Source: an uncultured Methanosarcinaceae archaeon (GTDB lineage: Archaea > Halobacteriota > Methanosarcinia > Methanosarcinales > Methanosarcinaceae). From it: a stretch of DNA of 64,000 nt. The notes under the pieces were generated by a model. The model did no database searches. It was not told the DNA's origin and was given only the letters and a program-made list of their open reading frames with translations. The position numbers and the translations under genes are program-made. Below, in pieces: positions 11,990 through 23,822 of this stretch. The first letter of the stretch is position 1; every line of letters begins with the position of its first letter. The stretch is taken from assembly GCA_963833425.1 (NCBI GenBank), contig CAWHXP010000006.1, forward strand, positions 96,001 to 160,000, written 5' to 3'.

Positions 11990-12372
11990 TCCATTAGACT
12001 ACTGTTTTAACATTTATATCACTCCTTTATGGTTAAAATTAATAATTACAATGAAATTTGTTTTTGGTAATAATTAGCTATCAAAAATTAGTCGGTTGTA
12101 TTCTATTACACCAAAGAATAATAGAATTCTCAGAGATATAAATAAGTCAACAACTCAAGGACGCAACCTCATTTATGCTCCTTCTTTAAATTTGTTTCAA
12201 ATTGATCAGCTTCAAAATTACCTTCCCTGATTTGTTTAAGCTTGGTTCTTTGCATTAGAAAATCATAGGTCGTTACCGAGACCGAAATGAGTGCAAAGGA
12301 AGCGACAGCAAGTTCAGATGTAATCAGAAATCGTTCATGAATCTCGAGTTTTGGCATCCACAAAAGTTCTTT

Positions 12373-12616
12373 GGCTCTGTAGAAATTTCCTTAAGCCTTG
12401 CATTCCCATATATTTTTATAAATATTGTGCTATAAAATACCCCTATATTTTCTCACAAAAAACGAAGGAACACACACTATTGAAATCGAATAAGTACATC
12501 AAATTTGTTGATACCAGCCTTAATAACTACTCAGTCTTCAGAATTAACAGTTATTCCTGCAAATATTTCAAACATGTTATACCCAGCATCAATTTCTTGC
12601 TCTAATCCTTGTTAAA
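12373..12616 (+). mobile_element. 5' fragment of an IS5/IS4-like element, same family as 45365-46275
   Basis: End GGCTCTGTAGAAAT; peptide NKYIKFVD..SYSCKY.KH..TQHQ matches the decayed N-terminus near 46050-46165. Confidence 0.7.
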
Positions 12617-12752
12617 TTTTGAAAAAATAATGAAATTTATCCAAATTTGATCAATAAATCATGGAAATGACAAAATAACAAGAAAAATAAAATGAAAACT
12701 TGAAGTAAATCAAGAAAAGTAAACATTTTACTAACAAACTCCTTTCTCAAAA

Positions 12753-14468
12753 TTATTTGTGGGCAAAATATACCACAACTTTCTCTTTGTCAACAGTGTC
12801 AACCCTGCAAAAACCGAAGCGTTCGAATTGTACTATTTTGTCAAGCTCGGTTGCAATGCCATGCTCTCCAATCCCTTCTATATCACCATAGAGGCCACGT
12901 ACTTTCACCGAGATTCCATCAATTGGAACCCAATGGATGATTTTTCCCTTCGATTTTTTATGATCTTCGAGGGAAACTGCAGAATGTTTCGCTTGAAAAG
13001 GAACAAGAGACGTAATTTCGATATTGCAGAAATCTTTTAAGCGAAGAACGGACCCCACTTTCAGCTTTTCGGCATCTTCCCTGCAGACAAACATCTTATT
13101 CCTTACACAAATTTCCCTCATACCTCTTGCATGGTCAGTGGGATGAAGCGGAAGTTTTGCAACAGTAGGTTCTAAATTTGTAATTTCCAGCTCCACGGGA
13201 TCCCAAACAAAGAAATAACGATTTGCAATTGGGTCCACTATTTTACGGTTTTCAGCATATAGAGACTTCATACTTATGCTTACGTCAGTAGTTCCAACCC
13301 CCATATCTATCATGAACTTTTTAAGAGCTTCAGCAGTTATTCCGCGGCGGCGGATTGCCAGGATTATGGGCAATCTTGGATCATCCCATCCACTGTATTC
13401 TCCATTCTCAATGGCTTTTCTGAGGCTACTAGTACTGAATTTGCCGAACTCATGGATTTTAACCCTCCCCCAATGAGTTGTCCTTGGATATTTCCAGCCG
13501 AAGTATCTGTAGATATAGTTCTGCCTTTTCTCACTGTCCATAAGATCTTTACCCCGGATGATGTGAGTCGTACCAAGTTCATGATCTTCTATAGCTCCTG
13601 CAAAATCCAGAAGTGGCCAGACACAGTAGTTATATCCGATCACAGATCTTGGATGGTCCATCTTTCTTATCCTAAAGGCTCCCCAATCTCGCAAAGCAGG
13701 ATCTTTGTGTTCGATATCAGTTTTTATTCTTAACACAGCCTGATGATCTTCATATTCTCCAGCAAGCATCCTCTCCCAATGTCTGAGATTTTCTTCAAGG
13801 CTCACTTCCCGATGCTGGCAGGCTTTTTTGGCATCCTTTAATCCTTTAAAATATTCTCCTTTACAAAAACAGACATAGGCTTTGCCCATTTCAATAAGCT
13901 TTTTCGCATAATCGTAATAGATTTGGAAATTGTCAGAAGTATAGACTATCTGATCAGGCACAACCCCGAGCCATTTGAAATCATCAAGATACCATTCATA
14001 TGCCTCAAGCATCGGCCTTTTTATGTCAGGATCGGTATCATCGAAACGTAGAATGAATTTCCCTTTATACATATTTGCGTATTCGGAATTAACTACCATG
14101 CCTCTTGCGCTGCCCAGAGTTGCTGGTCCATTGGGATTTGGGGCAAAACGCATCACAACCTCACCTATTCTGGCTCCTTCCAGGGGTTTTAAGCCTTTAG
14201 AAGGATCTTTCTTCACAGCAAGAGCTTCTACCAGTTCAGGTGCAATTTTAGAAAGTCTGGATTCCCAGGCTTCAGAATTTTCTTTTACGATTTTGGAAAT
14301 AATGCCTTCAAGAGCTTCAGACATCGCACTGGGATCGGATCGGAGTTGAGGGAGCTCCCCCATTAACTTGCCCATCACGGATTTGAGCTGCGGAGCTTTC
14401 CCATATTTTACAGCATTTTGTAAGGCGTATTTTTCTACTGTTTTAAGATCTTCAGAACTTAATGTCAT
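12753..14468 (-). CDS. gltX: Glutamate--tRNA ligase
   Basis: MRFAPNPNG, LRFDDTDP, HIIRGKD, WDDPRLP, QFERFGF. Confidence 0.97.
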   Translation of the reverse strand: MTLSSEDLKTVEKYALQNAVKYGKAPQLKSVMGKLMGELPQLRSDPSAMSEALEGIISKIVKENSEAWESRLSKIAPELVEALAVKKDPSKGLKPLEGARIGEVVMRFAPNPNGPATLGSARGMVVNSEYANMYKGKFILRFDDTDPDIKRPMLEAYEWYLDDFKWLGVVPDQIVYTSDNFQIYYDYAKKLIEMGKAYVCFCKGEYFKGLKDAKKACQHREVSLEENLRHWERMLAGEYEDHQAVLRIKTDIEHKDPALRDWGAFRIRKMDHPRSVIGYNYCVWPLLDFAGAIEDHELGTTHIIRGKDLMDSEKRQNYIYRYFGWKYPRTTHWGRVKIHEFGKFSTSSLRKAIENGEYSGWDDPRLPIILAIRRRGITAEALKKFMIDMGVGTTDVSISMKSLYAENRKIVDPIANRYFFVWDPVELEITNLEPTVAKLPLHPTDHARGMREICVRNKMFVCREDAEKLKVGSVLRLKDFCNIEITSLVPFQAKHSAVSLEDHKKSKGKIIHWVPIDGISVKVRGLYGDIEGIGEHGIATELDKIVQFERFGFCRVDTVDKEKVVVYFAHK

Positions 14469-14699
14469 AGAGGTTCCTCCAAAGAAACGTGGATTGAATG
14501 AGATAAGAATTCAGGCTAAATTTAATTGAGTTAAACTAACGAAGAAGTTAAATATTTCATAAGATAATTTCATAAGCTGAATTCAATGATTGCGGAAAAA
14601 ATTTAAATAGAATTATAAAAAATCACCGAAAACTCGAATCCCCAACAAAATATACAGGTAACATGCCTTTTTTTGAAATGTATTCTGCAAGTAAAAACC

Positions 14700-15008
14700 T
14701 TACTTTTGAATGGAAGCTTCGATTTCCAAAATGCGTAAAACTTTGCTATTGATTTTATCAAGCTCCCATTCAAACTCCTGCAGGAACTTTTGAACAGCAT
14801 CCCCTGGTACTGCACCCTGGGCCGAGGGTTTGATAAGATTAGCTTGTTCAAGGACCCTGAGAGAGTATCGCACTTTATGGTTCTGCATTCCAGTAATTTC
14901 TGCAAGTTTCAGAATCCCAATTGGAGCTTCTTCAATCACTCTTTTGAGCACCAGAAGGTGGCGTTCGGTAAGGTCAAGTTCAGCTCCGATATGTTCAAGC
15001 AGCATCAT
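14700..15008 (-). CDS. Winged-helix transcriptional regulator-like protein
   Basis: PIGILKLAEITG..HKVRYSLRVLE. Confidence 0.8.
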   Translation of the reverse strand: MMLLEHIGAELDLTERHLLVLKRVIEEAPIGILKLAEITGMQNHKVRYSLRVLEQANLIKPSAQGAVPGDAVQKFLQEFEWELDKINSKVLRILEIEASIQK

Positions 15009-15739
15009 AAAACCTCGTTTTTAAGTATTCCGATTCCCTGGATTTCCACTTCCACAATATCCATCCGCTGTAGTTCTCCAACTCCTGAAGGCGTTCCTGT
15101 TGTAATTATATCTCCTACTTCAAGGGTCATTATTTCAGTTATGAATTCAATGAGGTAAGGAATATCAAAAATAAGATTTGAGGTACTGGATTCCTGTTTG
15201 GTTTCCCCATTTACCCTGCAAGCAATTTTTGCAGCCTTAACATCCAGCTCTTCTGGAGATGCCAGATAAGGCCCGAATGCTGCAAAGGTATCAAAACTTT
15301 TTGCCCTTGTCCACTGCCCATCCTTTTGCTGGAGATCCCGTGCAGTCACATCGTTAAAACAAGTATACCCCGCGATTACGTCCTCAGCCTTTGAAGCTGA
15401 AATATTCTTACAACGCTTACCTATAACAACTGCAAGTTCTGCCTCGTAATCTATTCTTGAACTGGATGCCGGATAAATGATCTTGTCTTCATGCCCGATA
15501 ACTGATGACGGCGGCTTTAAAAAAAGGACCGGAGTTTCCGGTATTTCCATGGAAAGCTCTCTGGCATGATCTAGGTAATTAAGGCCAACGCATACAATTT
15601 TCGACGGAGATGCAGGAGGCAGGACACGAAGCTCCGAAAGTTCGAAGATCCCTATATGAAGATCTCCTTTAGGGTATACGCGTCCGTGGTCTATTTCGCC
15701 ATAAAAAATCTCATCTCCGAATCGGAACTTGCCAATCAT
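15005..15739 (-). CDS. Fumarylacetoacetate hydrolase family protein
   Basis: KIVCVGLNY, DYEAELAVVIG, NDVTARD, KSFDTF, TGTP. Confidence 0.95.
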   Translation of the reverse strand: MIGKFRFGDEIFYGEIDHGRVYPKGDLHIGIFELSELRVLPPASPSKIVCVGLNYLDHARELSMEIPETPVLFLKPPSSVIGHEDKIIYPASSSRIDYEAELAVVIGKRCKNISASKAEDVIAGYTCFNDVTARDLQQKDGQWTRAKSFDTFAAFGPYLASPEELDVKAAKIACRVNGETKQESSTSNLIFDIPYLIEFITEIMTLEVGDIITTGTPSGVGELQRMDIVEVEIQGIGILKNEVL

Positions 15740-15805
15740 ATCCTCAAATCCCTCTACTTTTTTAAATATCTTCGCCTGCTCTTTTTTTATAGAATATATC
15801 GAAAC

Positions 15806-16585
15806 TTAAATTTTAACTCTTCGGCCACTGGCATCCCGTTCATATCTTCCAAGTTCAGAATCAAGGATCTGCAAGCCTGAAAAAACAGGTCCGTCCTTGC
15901 AAACCCTTAACCCTGACCTATCTATGCAACATGCTCCGCAGATTCCGATGCCACATTTGAAATAGCGGTGTAGGCTGAATTCAACTTTTTCAAGAATTTT
16001 TTTATCCTTAATAAGCCTGAAGATAGACACCATCATTAATTCCTTGCCACAAATAGCAATCTTGTCATAGGCCGAAAAATCGAGCCCCTTAAGAACATCG
16101 GTCACAAATCCCTTTATACCTTTTGAGCCGTCATCAGTAGAAGTATAAACCTTTCCTGCTCCTAAAAAGCGTTTTTCAAAAATCAGTTCATCTGCACTTC
16201 TGGCTCCAAGGATCGTATGTACTTCAGAGCCAGCGGCATAAGCTGCTTCTGCATAAGGAGAAAGAGGAGCGGCTCCGACACCACCTGCAATAATTAAAAT
16301 TTTTTCATTCTTAGAAGGAAGAGAAAAGCCTCTCCCAAAAGGTCCCCGAAGTCCAAATGAGTCTCCTTCCTTCAGCTCAAAAAGCTTTGAGGTTGTCTCC
16401 CCCACTTTCAGAACAGTTATAGAATTTGTCCTGGAGAGCCCCATGGGTACCTCATCTACGCCTCTTACCCAAACCATTAAGAACTGGCCCGGTTCCATAG
16501 TTTCAAAATTAAGATCAAAGAAAAATGTCCTGACAGAAGGAGATTCTTCAGTTATTTGTAGTATTGTGGCATTAAGGGGAAGCAT
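15806..16585 (-). CDS. pyrK: Dihydroorotate dehydrogenase electron transfer subunit
   Basis: RGPFGRGF, AGGVGAAP, CGIGICGACC, VCKDGPVF. Confidence 0.95.
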   Translation of the reverse strand: MLPLNATILQITEESPSVRTFFFDLNFETMEPGQFLMVWVRGVDEVPMGLSRTNSITVLKVGETTSKLFELKEGDSFGLRGPFGRGFSLPSKNEKILIIAGGVGAAPLSPYAEAAYAAGSEVHTILGARSADELIFEKRFLGAGKVYTSTDDGSKGIKGFVTDVLKGLDFSAYDKIAICGKELMMVSIFRLIKDKKILEKVEFSLHRYFKCGIGICGACCIDRSGLRVCKDGPVFSGLQILDSELGRYERDASGRRVKI

Positions 16586-17490
16586 CAGACCATCTCATGA
16601 GAAAGTCCTATTAATTTTTTTACATTTGAATAACTTTTCCTCTGCAAAAAAGCTTTGATCCCTTTATTAATTTCAGAAAATATATCAATCCTTTCGTACA
16701 CTGCAGATCCAACCTGTACAGCTGCTGCACCTGCCATCATCATTTCTACAGCATCCTGCCAACAAGATACCCCTCCTACTCCTATTACAGGAATTTTGAG
16801 AGTAGTATAAAGGTCATAGATACATTTGACAGCTACAGGCTTGACAGCCTTTCCTGAGAGCCCTCCTGAACGATTTCCAAGAATAGGATAGCCGGATTCT
16901 ATATCAATAGCCATTCCTTTTAAGGTGTTTATTGCAACAACAGCATCCGCACCCCCCGATTCAGCTGCATTCCCTATACACGTAATATCAGAAACATTCG
17001 GAGTAAGCTTAACCCACACAGGCACGTTCACGATATCTTTCACTGCAGCTGTGATTGCTTCTACAAGGCATGGGTCAGAGCCAACAGCAGCCCCGTATCC
17101 CTCGGAATGAGGGCAGCTCACATTAAGTTCGAAAGCATCGGGTTTGCCGGGAAGCAAACCTTCTGCAATTTCCATAAATTCAACTACAGTTCCGCCGAAG
17201 ATGCTCGCAATTACCGGAACCCCAGAATACTTTTTTGCAATTTTGAGTTCCTGCAAGAAGTCCGGATAGGAAGGATTTGGGAGTCCCATAGCATTCAAAA
17301 AACCACACTCAAGCTGAACAATGGTTGGATTTTGATGTCCTTTTTTAGGCATAAAACCTATCGATTTTGTCACAACCGCGTCTGCTCCTCCCTCAAGTGC
17401 AACCCTGCACAGAGATGCTCCTGTTGTGCCAAGAATGCCAGCTGCAAGGATGGTCGGATGTTTCATTTTGAGTCCAGTAAGAGTATACAT
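16585..17490 (-). CDS. pyrD: Dihydroorotate dehydrogenase, catalytic subunit
   Basis: NAMGLPNP, ELNVSCPH, VKLTPN, GGLSG; start set at MYTLTG. Confidence 0.95.
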   Translation of the reverse strand: MYTLTGLKMKHPTILAAGILGTTGASLCRVALEGGADAVVTKSIGFMPKKGHQNPTIVQLECGFLNAMGLPNPSYPDFLQELKIAKKYSGVPVIASIFGGTVVEFMEIAEGLLPGKPDAFELNVSCPHSEGYGAAVGSDPCLVEAITAAVKDIVNVPVWVKLTPNVSDITCIGNAAESGGADAVVAINTLKGMAIDIESGYPILGNRSGGLSGKAVKPVAVKCIYDLYTTLKIPVIGVGGVSCWQDAVEMMMAGAAAVQVGSAVYERIDIFSEINKGIKAFLQRKSYSNVKKLIGLSHEMV

Positions 17491-17524
17491 TATAATTCCT
17501 TTCCTGATCTTGCAAGTTATATCT

Positions 17525-18475
17525 TTAGTCGCATGAATCTTCAAAGTCGTACAAATCTCTTGAAAGCTGTAAGAGGGCTTCTTCAGCTAATTTTTTGCCG
17601 CCCATCTGCACAAGTCTTTGTCCAAGTTCCCTGGCTTTTTCGATACCTTCAGACATGGGGATAAACTCATCTATTTTGACAGTCTCTTGCCCGTTTAGGG
17701 AGAGAACCTCAGCTCGGACACCGATTTGTTTTCCACAAGGTGTAATTTCGGCGTAGGAACCTAAGGGAGTAGTACAGCCCCCTCCAAGTTCTGAAATCAG
17801 GATACGCTCGATTTCAGTAACAATCCTGCTTTCTGGATGATCAAGTTTAGAAGCGGCAATTTCAGCTTCAGTGCCTGCCTTTGTTACTACTGCAACAGTA
17901 CCCTGATTAGGAGGGGGGCAAAAGAGTTCAGGGGACAGAATTTCCCCTTCAACCTCCCAGCCCAAGCGTTCGAGCCCAGCTTTTGCAAGCATTATACCGT
18001 CGTATTGTCCTTCCCTGAGCTTCCTGAGTCTTGTATCGATATTGCCCCTTAAGTCCTGAATGATCAGATCAGGCCTGTAGCGCTTTATTTGAGCAGCCCT
18101 TCTCAGAGAACTGGTCCCTATAATAGCCTGCTCGGATAGTTCGTCAAGTATAGTCCCATCATAAGTGAGAAGAACATCAAACGGCGTATCACGCTTCAGA
18201 ACTGCAGCTGTCGAGAGTAAAGGCGAGCGAACTGTAGGGATGTCTTTCATAGAATGGACAGCTATGTCTATTTGTTCTGCCAGAATAACATCATCCAGCT
18301 CTCTGACAAAAGCCCCAACTCCACTTGAAACGGCGTGCAGAGGGCGGTCAGTAAATATATCTCCCCTAGTACGTATAATCTTTAAGCTAGTTTCAAAACC
18401 CAGGTTTTTCAAGAGGTGGGCAACTTTCTCTGCCTGTGCAATAGCAAGCTTGCTGCCCCGTGTACCTATGATCAT
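17525..18475 (-). CDS. hemC: Hydroxymethylbilane synthase
   Basis: IGTRGSKLA, AVHSMKD, GTSSLRR, LRGNIDTR, GGGC. Confidence 0.97.
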   Translation of the reverse strand: MIIGTRGSKLAIAQAEKVAHLLKNLGFETSLKIIRTRGDIFTDRPLHAVSSGVGAFVRELDDVILAEQIDIAVHSMKDIPTVRSPLLSTAAVLKRDTPFDVLLTYDGTILDELSEQAIIGTSSLRRAAQIKRYRPDLIIQDLRGNIDTRLRKLREGQYDGIMLAKAGLERLGWEVEGEILSPELFCPPPNQGTVAVVTKAGTEAEIAASKLDHPESRIVTEIERILISELGGGCTTPLGSYAEITPCGKQIGVRAEVLSLNGQETVKIDEFIPMSEGIEKARELGQRLVQMGGKKLAEEALLQLSRDLYDFEDSCD

Positions 18476-18490
18476 TTAGAATCCTCTTTT

Positions 18491-19783
18491 TCAAAGACGC
18501 GAATCGATTAAGAGATTTTCAGAATATACTTCGAGGGTGTTTTCGATATCTGCTTCACTATGAGCTGCAGAGATGAAATTAGTCTCATACTGAGAGGGAG
18601 GAAGGAAAACTCCACTTGTAAGCATCCGATGGAAAAAAGCAAGGTAACCATCCTTATCACATTTTAGGGCCTCCTGATAGTTATGAGGTTCCGCTCCGAA
18701 AAAAATCTTGAACATGGAGGCGACCCCACAAACATTATAATGAAGACCTAAATCTTCAATAATTTTTGAGAGAGAATCCCTTAGGTAATTGCCTGTTGAA
18801 TTTAGTTTCTCATGGATATTTTCCTGCTTGAGATAATCAAGTATTGCAATACCAGCAGCCATCGAACACGGGCTTCCGCTGAAAGTTCCTGCCTGGTAGA
18901 TAGCCCCGGACGGGGAAATCGTTTCCATAATTTCCCGACGGCCTCCAAAAACCCCTATAGGTAAGCCTCCACCTATGACCTTCCCCAAAGTGGTTATATC
19001 CGGAATGACGCCAAAGTATTCCTGTGCCCCCCCCATTGCAAGCCTAAACCCTGTAATAACCTCATCAAAAATAAGAAGTACGTCATTTTCCAGGGTGAGT
19101 TCCCTAAGTTCCTCAAGATACCCAATCATAGGGAGAATAGGACCCACATTCCCAAGTACGGGTTCTATTATCACTGCAGCTAGATCGTCCTTATTTTTTT
19201 CTACAAGTCCAGCCATTGTTTCAATATCATTATAAGGAGCCTGAAGGGTATATTTTGTAAAACCGTTAGGGATCCCAAGGGAATCAGGCTCTCCCATGGT
19301 TGTAGCTCCAGAACCTGCTTTTACTAGAACCGCATCATGCGCACCATGAAATCCACCTTCTATTTTGACAAATTTATTTCTGCCTGTAAAGCCGCGAGCA
19401 AGGCGAAGGGCACTCATGGTTGCTTCGGTCCCTGTAGAAACAAAACGAAGCATATCAATACTTGGATAGTACCCTATAATCTTCTCTGCCAACGTTACTT
19501 CAAGCTCTATGGGAGTCCCATAAAGCCAGCCTTTATCCAACTGGGATTTAATGGTTTCCTTTATTACAGGATGATTATGCCCAAGTATCAAAGGACCGTA
19601 GGCCATGCAGTAATCAATATACTCATTACCATCAATGTCTCTTATTTTGGAACCATCAGCTGAAGCTGTATAGAAAGGATAAGGCTTAATTGCACGCACA
19701 GGACTGCTGACCCCACCAGGAATAAGTATCTTTGCTTTCTCGTACATCTGTCTGGATTTCTCAAATATTAGCTCAGATATCAT
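18491..19783 (-). CDS. hemL: Glutamate-1-semialdehyde 2,1-aminomutase
   Basis: [36 protein letters not shown]. Confidence 0.97.
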   Translation of the reverse strand: MISELIFEKSRQMYEKAKILIPGGVSSPVRAIKPYPFYTASADGSKIRDIDGNEYIDYCMAYGPLILGHNHPVIKETIKSQLDKGWLYGTPIELEVTLAEKIIGYYPSIDMLRFVSTGTEATMSALRLARGFTGRNKFVKIEGGFHGAHDAVLVKAGSGATTMGEPDSLGIPNGFTKYTLQAPYNDIETMAGLVEKNKDDLAAVIIEPVLGNVGPILPMIGYLEELRELTLENDVLLIFDEVITGFRLAMGGAQEYFGVIPDITTLGKVIGGGLPIGVFGGRREIMETISPSGAIYQAGTFSGSPCSMAAGIAILDYLKQENIHEKLNSTGNYLRDSLSKIIEDLGLHYNVCGVASMFKIFFGAEPHNYQEALKCDKDGYLAFFHRMLTSGVFLPPSQYETNFISAAHSEADIENTLEVYSENLLIDSRL

Positions 19784-21726
19784 GAATTCTCACCCTATTG
19801 GACTGAAAATTTTCAAAGTTATGAGTTATAAATTAAAAGAAAAGTTTTAATTCCTACTAAAATTGGTTTGTGGCCTAGAATCATTTATTAAATTTGAAAA
19901 ACGAGTATTTCTTTCATTTTTTGAAGAATGTATAGATAGTCTAATGTTTATTATTTTCAACAACTCATGAACACTACCTTAAATTATCATACTGAATTAT
20001 TAAACTGAAATCTGGATTTGCTGAATTTTAAAGTAAAGGCAGTTTTACTTCTTTTCTGTATTTCTATTTCTATCTTTCGAAAAGAGCAACCTATTATTAT
20101 AGTTTTCATTTAAATTGATTACAATTATAAAAAATTATATTCATGCAAACACCTTAAAAATATCTTATTGAACAAAAGATTTCTTTTATTCACTTGATTG
20201 GTGCGTAAGGAGCAACAGAATACTAAAGTTCAACAGAAGTTAGAGAGTATTTTGATAAGCACCTAAATTTTGTCATATATTTATAAATGTAAATAGTATA
20301 AAAACTCATGAAATCAGATGTTTATTGAAATTCATATATGCGTTGTACATACATCTAGAAATTGGCTATAAATTACTCACTTGAAAATACAACCTACATT
20401 CAGAATACAGATATTATGGATTTAATGTTTTCATAATCCTTTTTTAAAAATTCTGTAAAGACTTATTGAGCTTAGAGATAGCTAACCTATGATTCGGATC
20501 TCACAAAGTATAGACTTAATTAATCATATTACAATAGGAATAGTGAGGAAATAATATGTTTTCCCAGCAAAAAAATTGATTCAATGATAATACAAAAAAG
20601 TTATCTGCCGGAAGTAGGGTGAAGAACCCTTAAGTATCGATTCGTAATATATTATTTTGCGAATATTATTTTCAATATGCGCATAATGGCATCTCTTAAT
20701 CAATTTTGCTTCCATCTCAATGAGAGGTTATAACGTACCTACTTCGATAAATGAAAAAGCGAACATTCTCTACACTCGAAATTTAATCATGAAAACATAA
20801 TCATTGAATGAAGGGAGAATTTGAACGCTCTCTGATTCATATAAAAAAAGACTCAAATAAAAGATAAAATAAAATTTGCGGTTGCGTACCCTCGCTACAA
20901 ACAACTGGTAAATGCTCAACCACAATTCTGTATATAAGAGAATTGTTCGAAATCAAATATTTCCATTTTGATTACATGTTTCTTTTTCTTCCTGGCCCCC
21001 TGATTTCCAACATAGCTTTTAATTAAATCAGAATTTGTATCGTCAACCACAATTCCAATACAAACCCTATAATTCAACAATTCGCATCTATAATCTTTTT
21101 TGAGCTCAGATTATTTTAAAGATCCTCTTGCTGTGAGATATTTAATAATCTGTATCACTATGAAGGAAAATATATTGATTCGTAGCCGACGAAAATATAT
21201 ACATCACCACCAATACAATTGCATAAAACTCAAAACAGTGCCTTTTACTAACCTTAAAATCATATATTTCAAATGGTTTGTTATATCATTGTGTAATAGA
21301 AATTTGTCATTGATACTCACACAAGAGAAACATATGATATTCTTTTTATAAATATAATGGTTTACTGAATGTAATTTCATTTTTACAGTACAAACGTAGC
21401 CTAAAATATAATATTAGTTAGTATAACAACGGCTCTATTGAAAGTTTTCATCTCCTCAGCAAGCTGATTAGTATTCGACTGGGATAAAGTCTTCAGTTTT
21501 CTAGTCGGATGAAGACTTCATTACATTTCTTTTAAAAAGTATCCAGCTGAAATGGCAGAATATTAATATTACTTTATTAATATGACTTTTCAAGTTTCAA
21601 TTTCACTAACTTTCGGTAAAATTAAATTCCACCCTATCCATCGTCATATACGATTATTAATTTCTAATATCATTAATTTGCAAACATCATTAAATTTTGA
21701 CTTGTATTAATATAAAGTATTAATTT

Positions 21727-22779
21727 ATGATTACCATGACAAATGCACCAAGGCTTATTGCATGGGAACTAACTGCAGGTTGTAACCTTAACTGCGTACA
21801 CTGCAGAGGAGCTTCCACTTCTTCAGTTCCAGCAGATGAACTCACGACTGATGAAGCTAAACATTTCATTGATGAAGTTTCAGGACTTGGGAAACCAATT
21901 CTTATCTTGAGTGGAGGCGAGCCTCTCACCAGACCTGACGTTTTTGAGATCGCATTGTATGGTACAGATTCTGGATTTCGCATCGTGCTAGCAACAAACG
22001 GAACTCTTCTCACCCCTGAGATTGTGGGGAAATTAAAAGAAGCTGGGGTTCAGCGTCTCAGTATAAGTATCGATGGGGCAGCTGCAATATCTCATGATGA
22101 ATTTCGAGGCAGGCCCGGAGCTTTTGAGAGAACGCTTGCAGGTATTGAAGTCCTTAGGAAAGCAAATTTTCCTTTCCAAATCAACACAATGATTTCAAAT
22201 CGCAACCTTGAAGAAATCCCAAGAACCTTTGAGCTTGCAAAAAAGCTAGGTGCAGTTGCATATCATCTATTTTTCCTTGTGCCCACAGGAAGGGGAGAAG
22301 ACTCCGATGAAGTCTCCCCCGAAGATTACGAACGTGTTCTGCACTGGCTCTATGATATGCAGAAAAAGTCCAAAATTTTATTGAAAGCAACCTGTGCCCC
22401 ACATTATTTCAGGGTTATGCATCAACGGGCAAAAAAGGAAGGAATCGAAATATCGACGAATATTCACGGTTACGAATCAATGACAAAAGGCTGCCTTGGA
22501 GGGACTAGTTTCTGTTTCGTTTCCAGCATAGGTGATGTCTACCCCTGTGGCTACTTACCAGTACTTGCTGGCAATATCAGGAAGCAACCTTTCAGAGATA
22601 TTTGGAAAAATTCAGAGGTCTTCAGAAAACTAAGGGCCTCAGAAGAACTGAAGGGTAAATGCGGCATCTGTGAATATAAAAAAGTATGTTCCGGCTGCAG
22701 AGCAAGAGCATATGCAGCTACAGGTGATTATCTTGATGAAGAGCCCTACTGCATTTATATTCCTGGAAAAAATAAGTGA
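21727..22779 (+). CDS. ahbD: AdoMet-dependent heme synthase (radical SAM/SPASM)
   Basis: CNLNCVHC, SPASM cysteines, adjacent to ahbAB. Confidence 0.9.
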   Translation: MITMTNAPRLIAWELTAGCNLNCVHCRGASTSSVPADELTTDEAKHFIDEVSGLGKPILILSGGEPLTRPDVFEIALYGTDSGFRIVLATNGTLLTPEIVGKLKEAGVQRLSISIDGAAAISHDEFRGRPGAFERTLAGIEVLRKANFPFQINTMISNRNLEEIPRTFELAKKLGAVAYHLFFLVPTGRGEDSDEVSPEDYERVLHWLYDMQKKSKILLKATCAPHYFRVMHQRAKKEGIEISTNIHGYESMTKGCLGGTSFCFVSSIGDVYPCGYLPVLAGNIRKQPFRDIWKNSEVFRKLRASEELKGKCGICEYKKVCSGCRARAYAATGDYLDEEPYCIYIPGKNK

Positions 22780-22784
22780 TATAG

Positions 22785-23333
22785 ATGATTGAACTTGAAG
22801 ATTACAATAGCCGGCTCCAGCAAAAGAAGACCGATTTCACCTTTAAGATGGAACCTTATGGCGAAGAAATTCCTGAATTTGAAATTGATGAGACTGATAA
22901 GAGAATTCTGAATCTGGTACAACAGGAAGTTCCTTTAGAAGTCGAGCCTTTTGAAGAATTAGGTAAAATGCTAAATCTTTCTGAAACCGAGATTCTTGAA
23001 AGGCTGCGCAAACTCAATAGTAAAGGAGCGGTAAGGCGGATAGGACCTATCCTCAGCACTAGGAATATGGGTGGAGTGAGTACTCTTGTGGCACTGAAGG
23101 TATCAGAAACTCGGATTGAGGAAGTTGCAAATTTCATTAATGAGTACCCTGAAGTTTCCCATAATTACCTCCGAAGTGCTGCAAAGTATAATCTCTGGTT
23201 TACAATTTCTGCTCCTGATAAAGATAGACTTGAAGATATAATTTCCGATATTCGAGAAAAAACTGGCTGTCCACTATTAAACCTCCCTACAAAGCGTCTT
23301 TTCAAGATAAATGTAAAGTTTGATATCAGGTGA
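22785..23333 (+). CDS. ahbA: Siroheme decarboxylase subunit alpha
   Basis: Lrp/AsnC-like fold, VSHNYLR..YNLWFT. Confidence 0.92.
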   Translation: MIELEDYNSRLQQKKTDFTFKMEPYGEEIPEFEIDETDKRILNLVQQEVPLEVEPFEELGKMLNLSETEILERLRKLNSKGAVRRIGPILSTRNMGGVSTLVALKVSETRIEEVANFINEYPEVSHNYLRSAAKYNLWFTISAPDKDRLEDIISDIREKTGCPLLNLPTKRLFKINVKFDIR

Positions 23334-23339
23334 AAAAAG

Positions 23340-23798
23340 ATGGATAAAACGGATGTAGAAATACTTAAACTTGTCCAGGATGGGATACCGCTAATTCATT
23401 CTCCGTTCAGGCATCTTGCTACTGAACTTGGGACAAGTGAACAGGAAGTTGTTGAGAGGCTTAAAAACCTCCAGAAAGCTGGGAAAATCCGACGTTTTGC
23501 AGCTTCAATAGGTCATAGGGCAATAGGAATCACATCCAATGCTATGTGTGTCTGGAACGTTCCCAACGAGCGAATAGAAAAGGTAGGAGCAATAATGGCA
23601 GAATTTTCGGAAGTTACTCACTGCTATGAGCGCCCGCGCTATCCTGACTGGCCGTATAATCTTTTCACTATGGTCCATTCATATACTCATGAAGATTGTG
23701 AAAGATTAGCTTTTAGGATTTCAGAAGCTACCGGAATTAAGGAATATACTCTATTCTTCAGTGAACGGGAATTTAAGAAAACAGGTGTCAAGCTGTGA
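23340..23798 (+). CDS. ahbB: Siroheme decarboxylase subunit beta
   Basis: VTHCYERP..WPYNLFTMVH, EFKKT. Confidence 0.92.
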   Translation: MDKTDVEILKLVQDGIPLIHSPFRHLATELGTSEQEVVERLKNLQKAGKIRRFAASIGHRAIGITSNAMCVWNVPNERIEKVGAIMAEFSEVTHCYERPRYPDWPYNLFTMVHSYTHEDCERLAFRISEATGIKEYTLFFSEREFKKTGVKL

Positions 23799-23822
23799 AG
23801 TAATATCTTTAAATATTTTTTT

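Noticed and set aside
12169..12372. Short hydrophobic ORF next to an IS end
   Set aside because: Likely a gene remnant truncated by the IS; no recognisable family.
17107..17664. Long antisense ORFs (also 9545-10012, 34076-34552, 49235-49636 and others)
   Set aside because: Shadows of well-supported genes on the other strand or frame.
19800..21700. hemB remnant or inversion breakpoints
   Set aside because: No HemB motif recognised; only a weak IS-end-like GGCTCTATTGAAAG at 21431.
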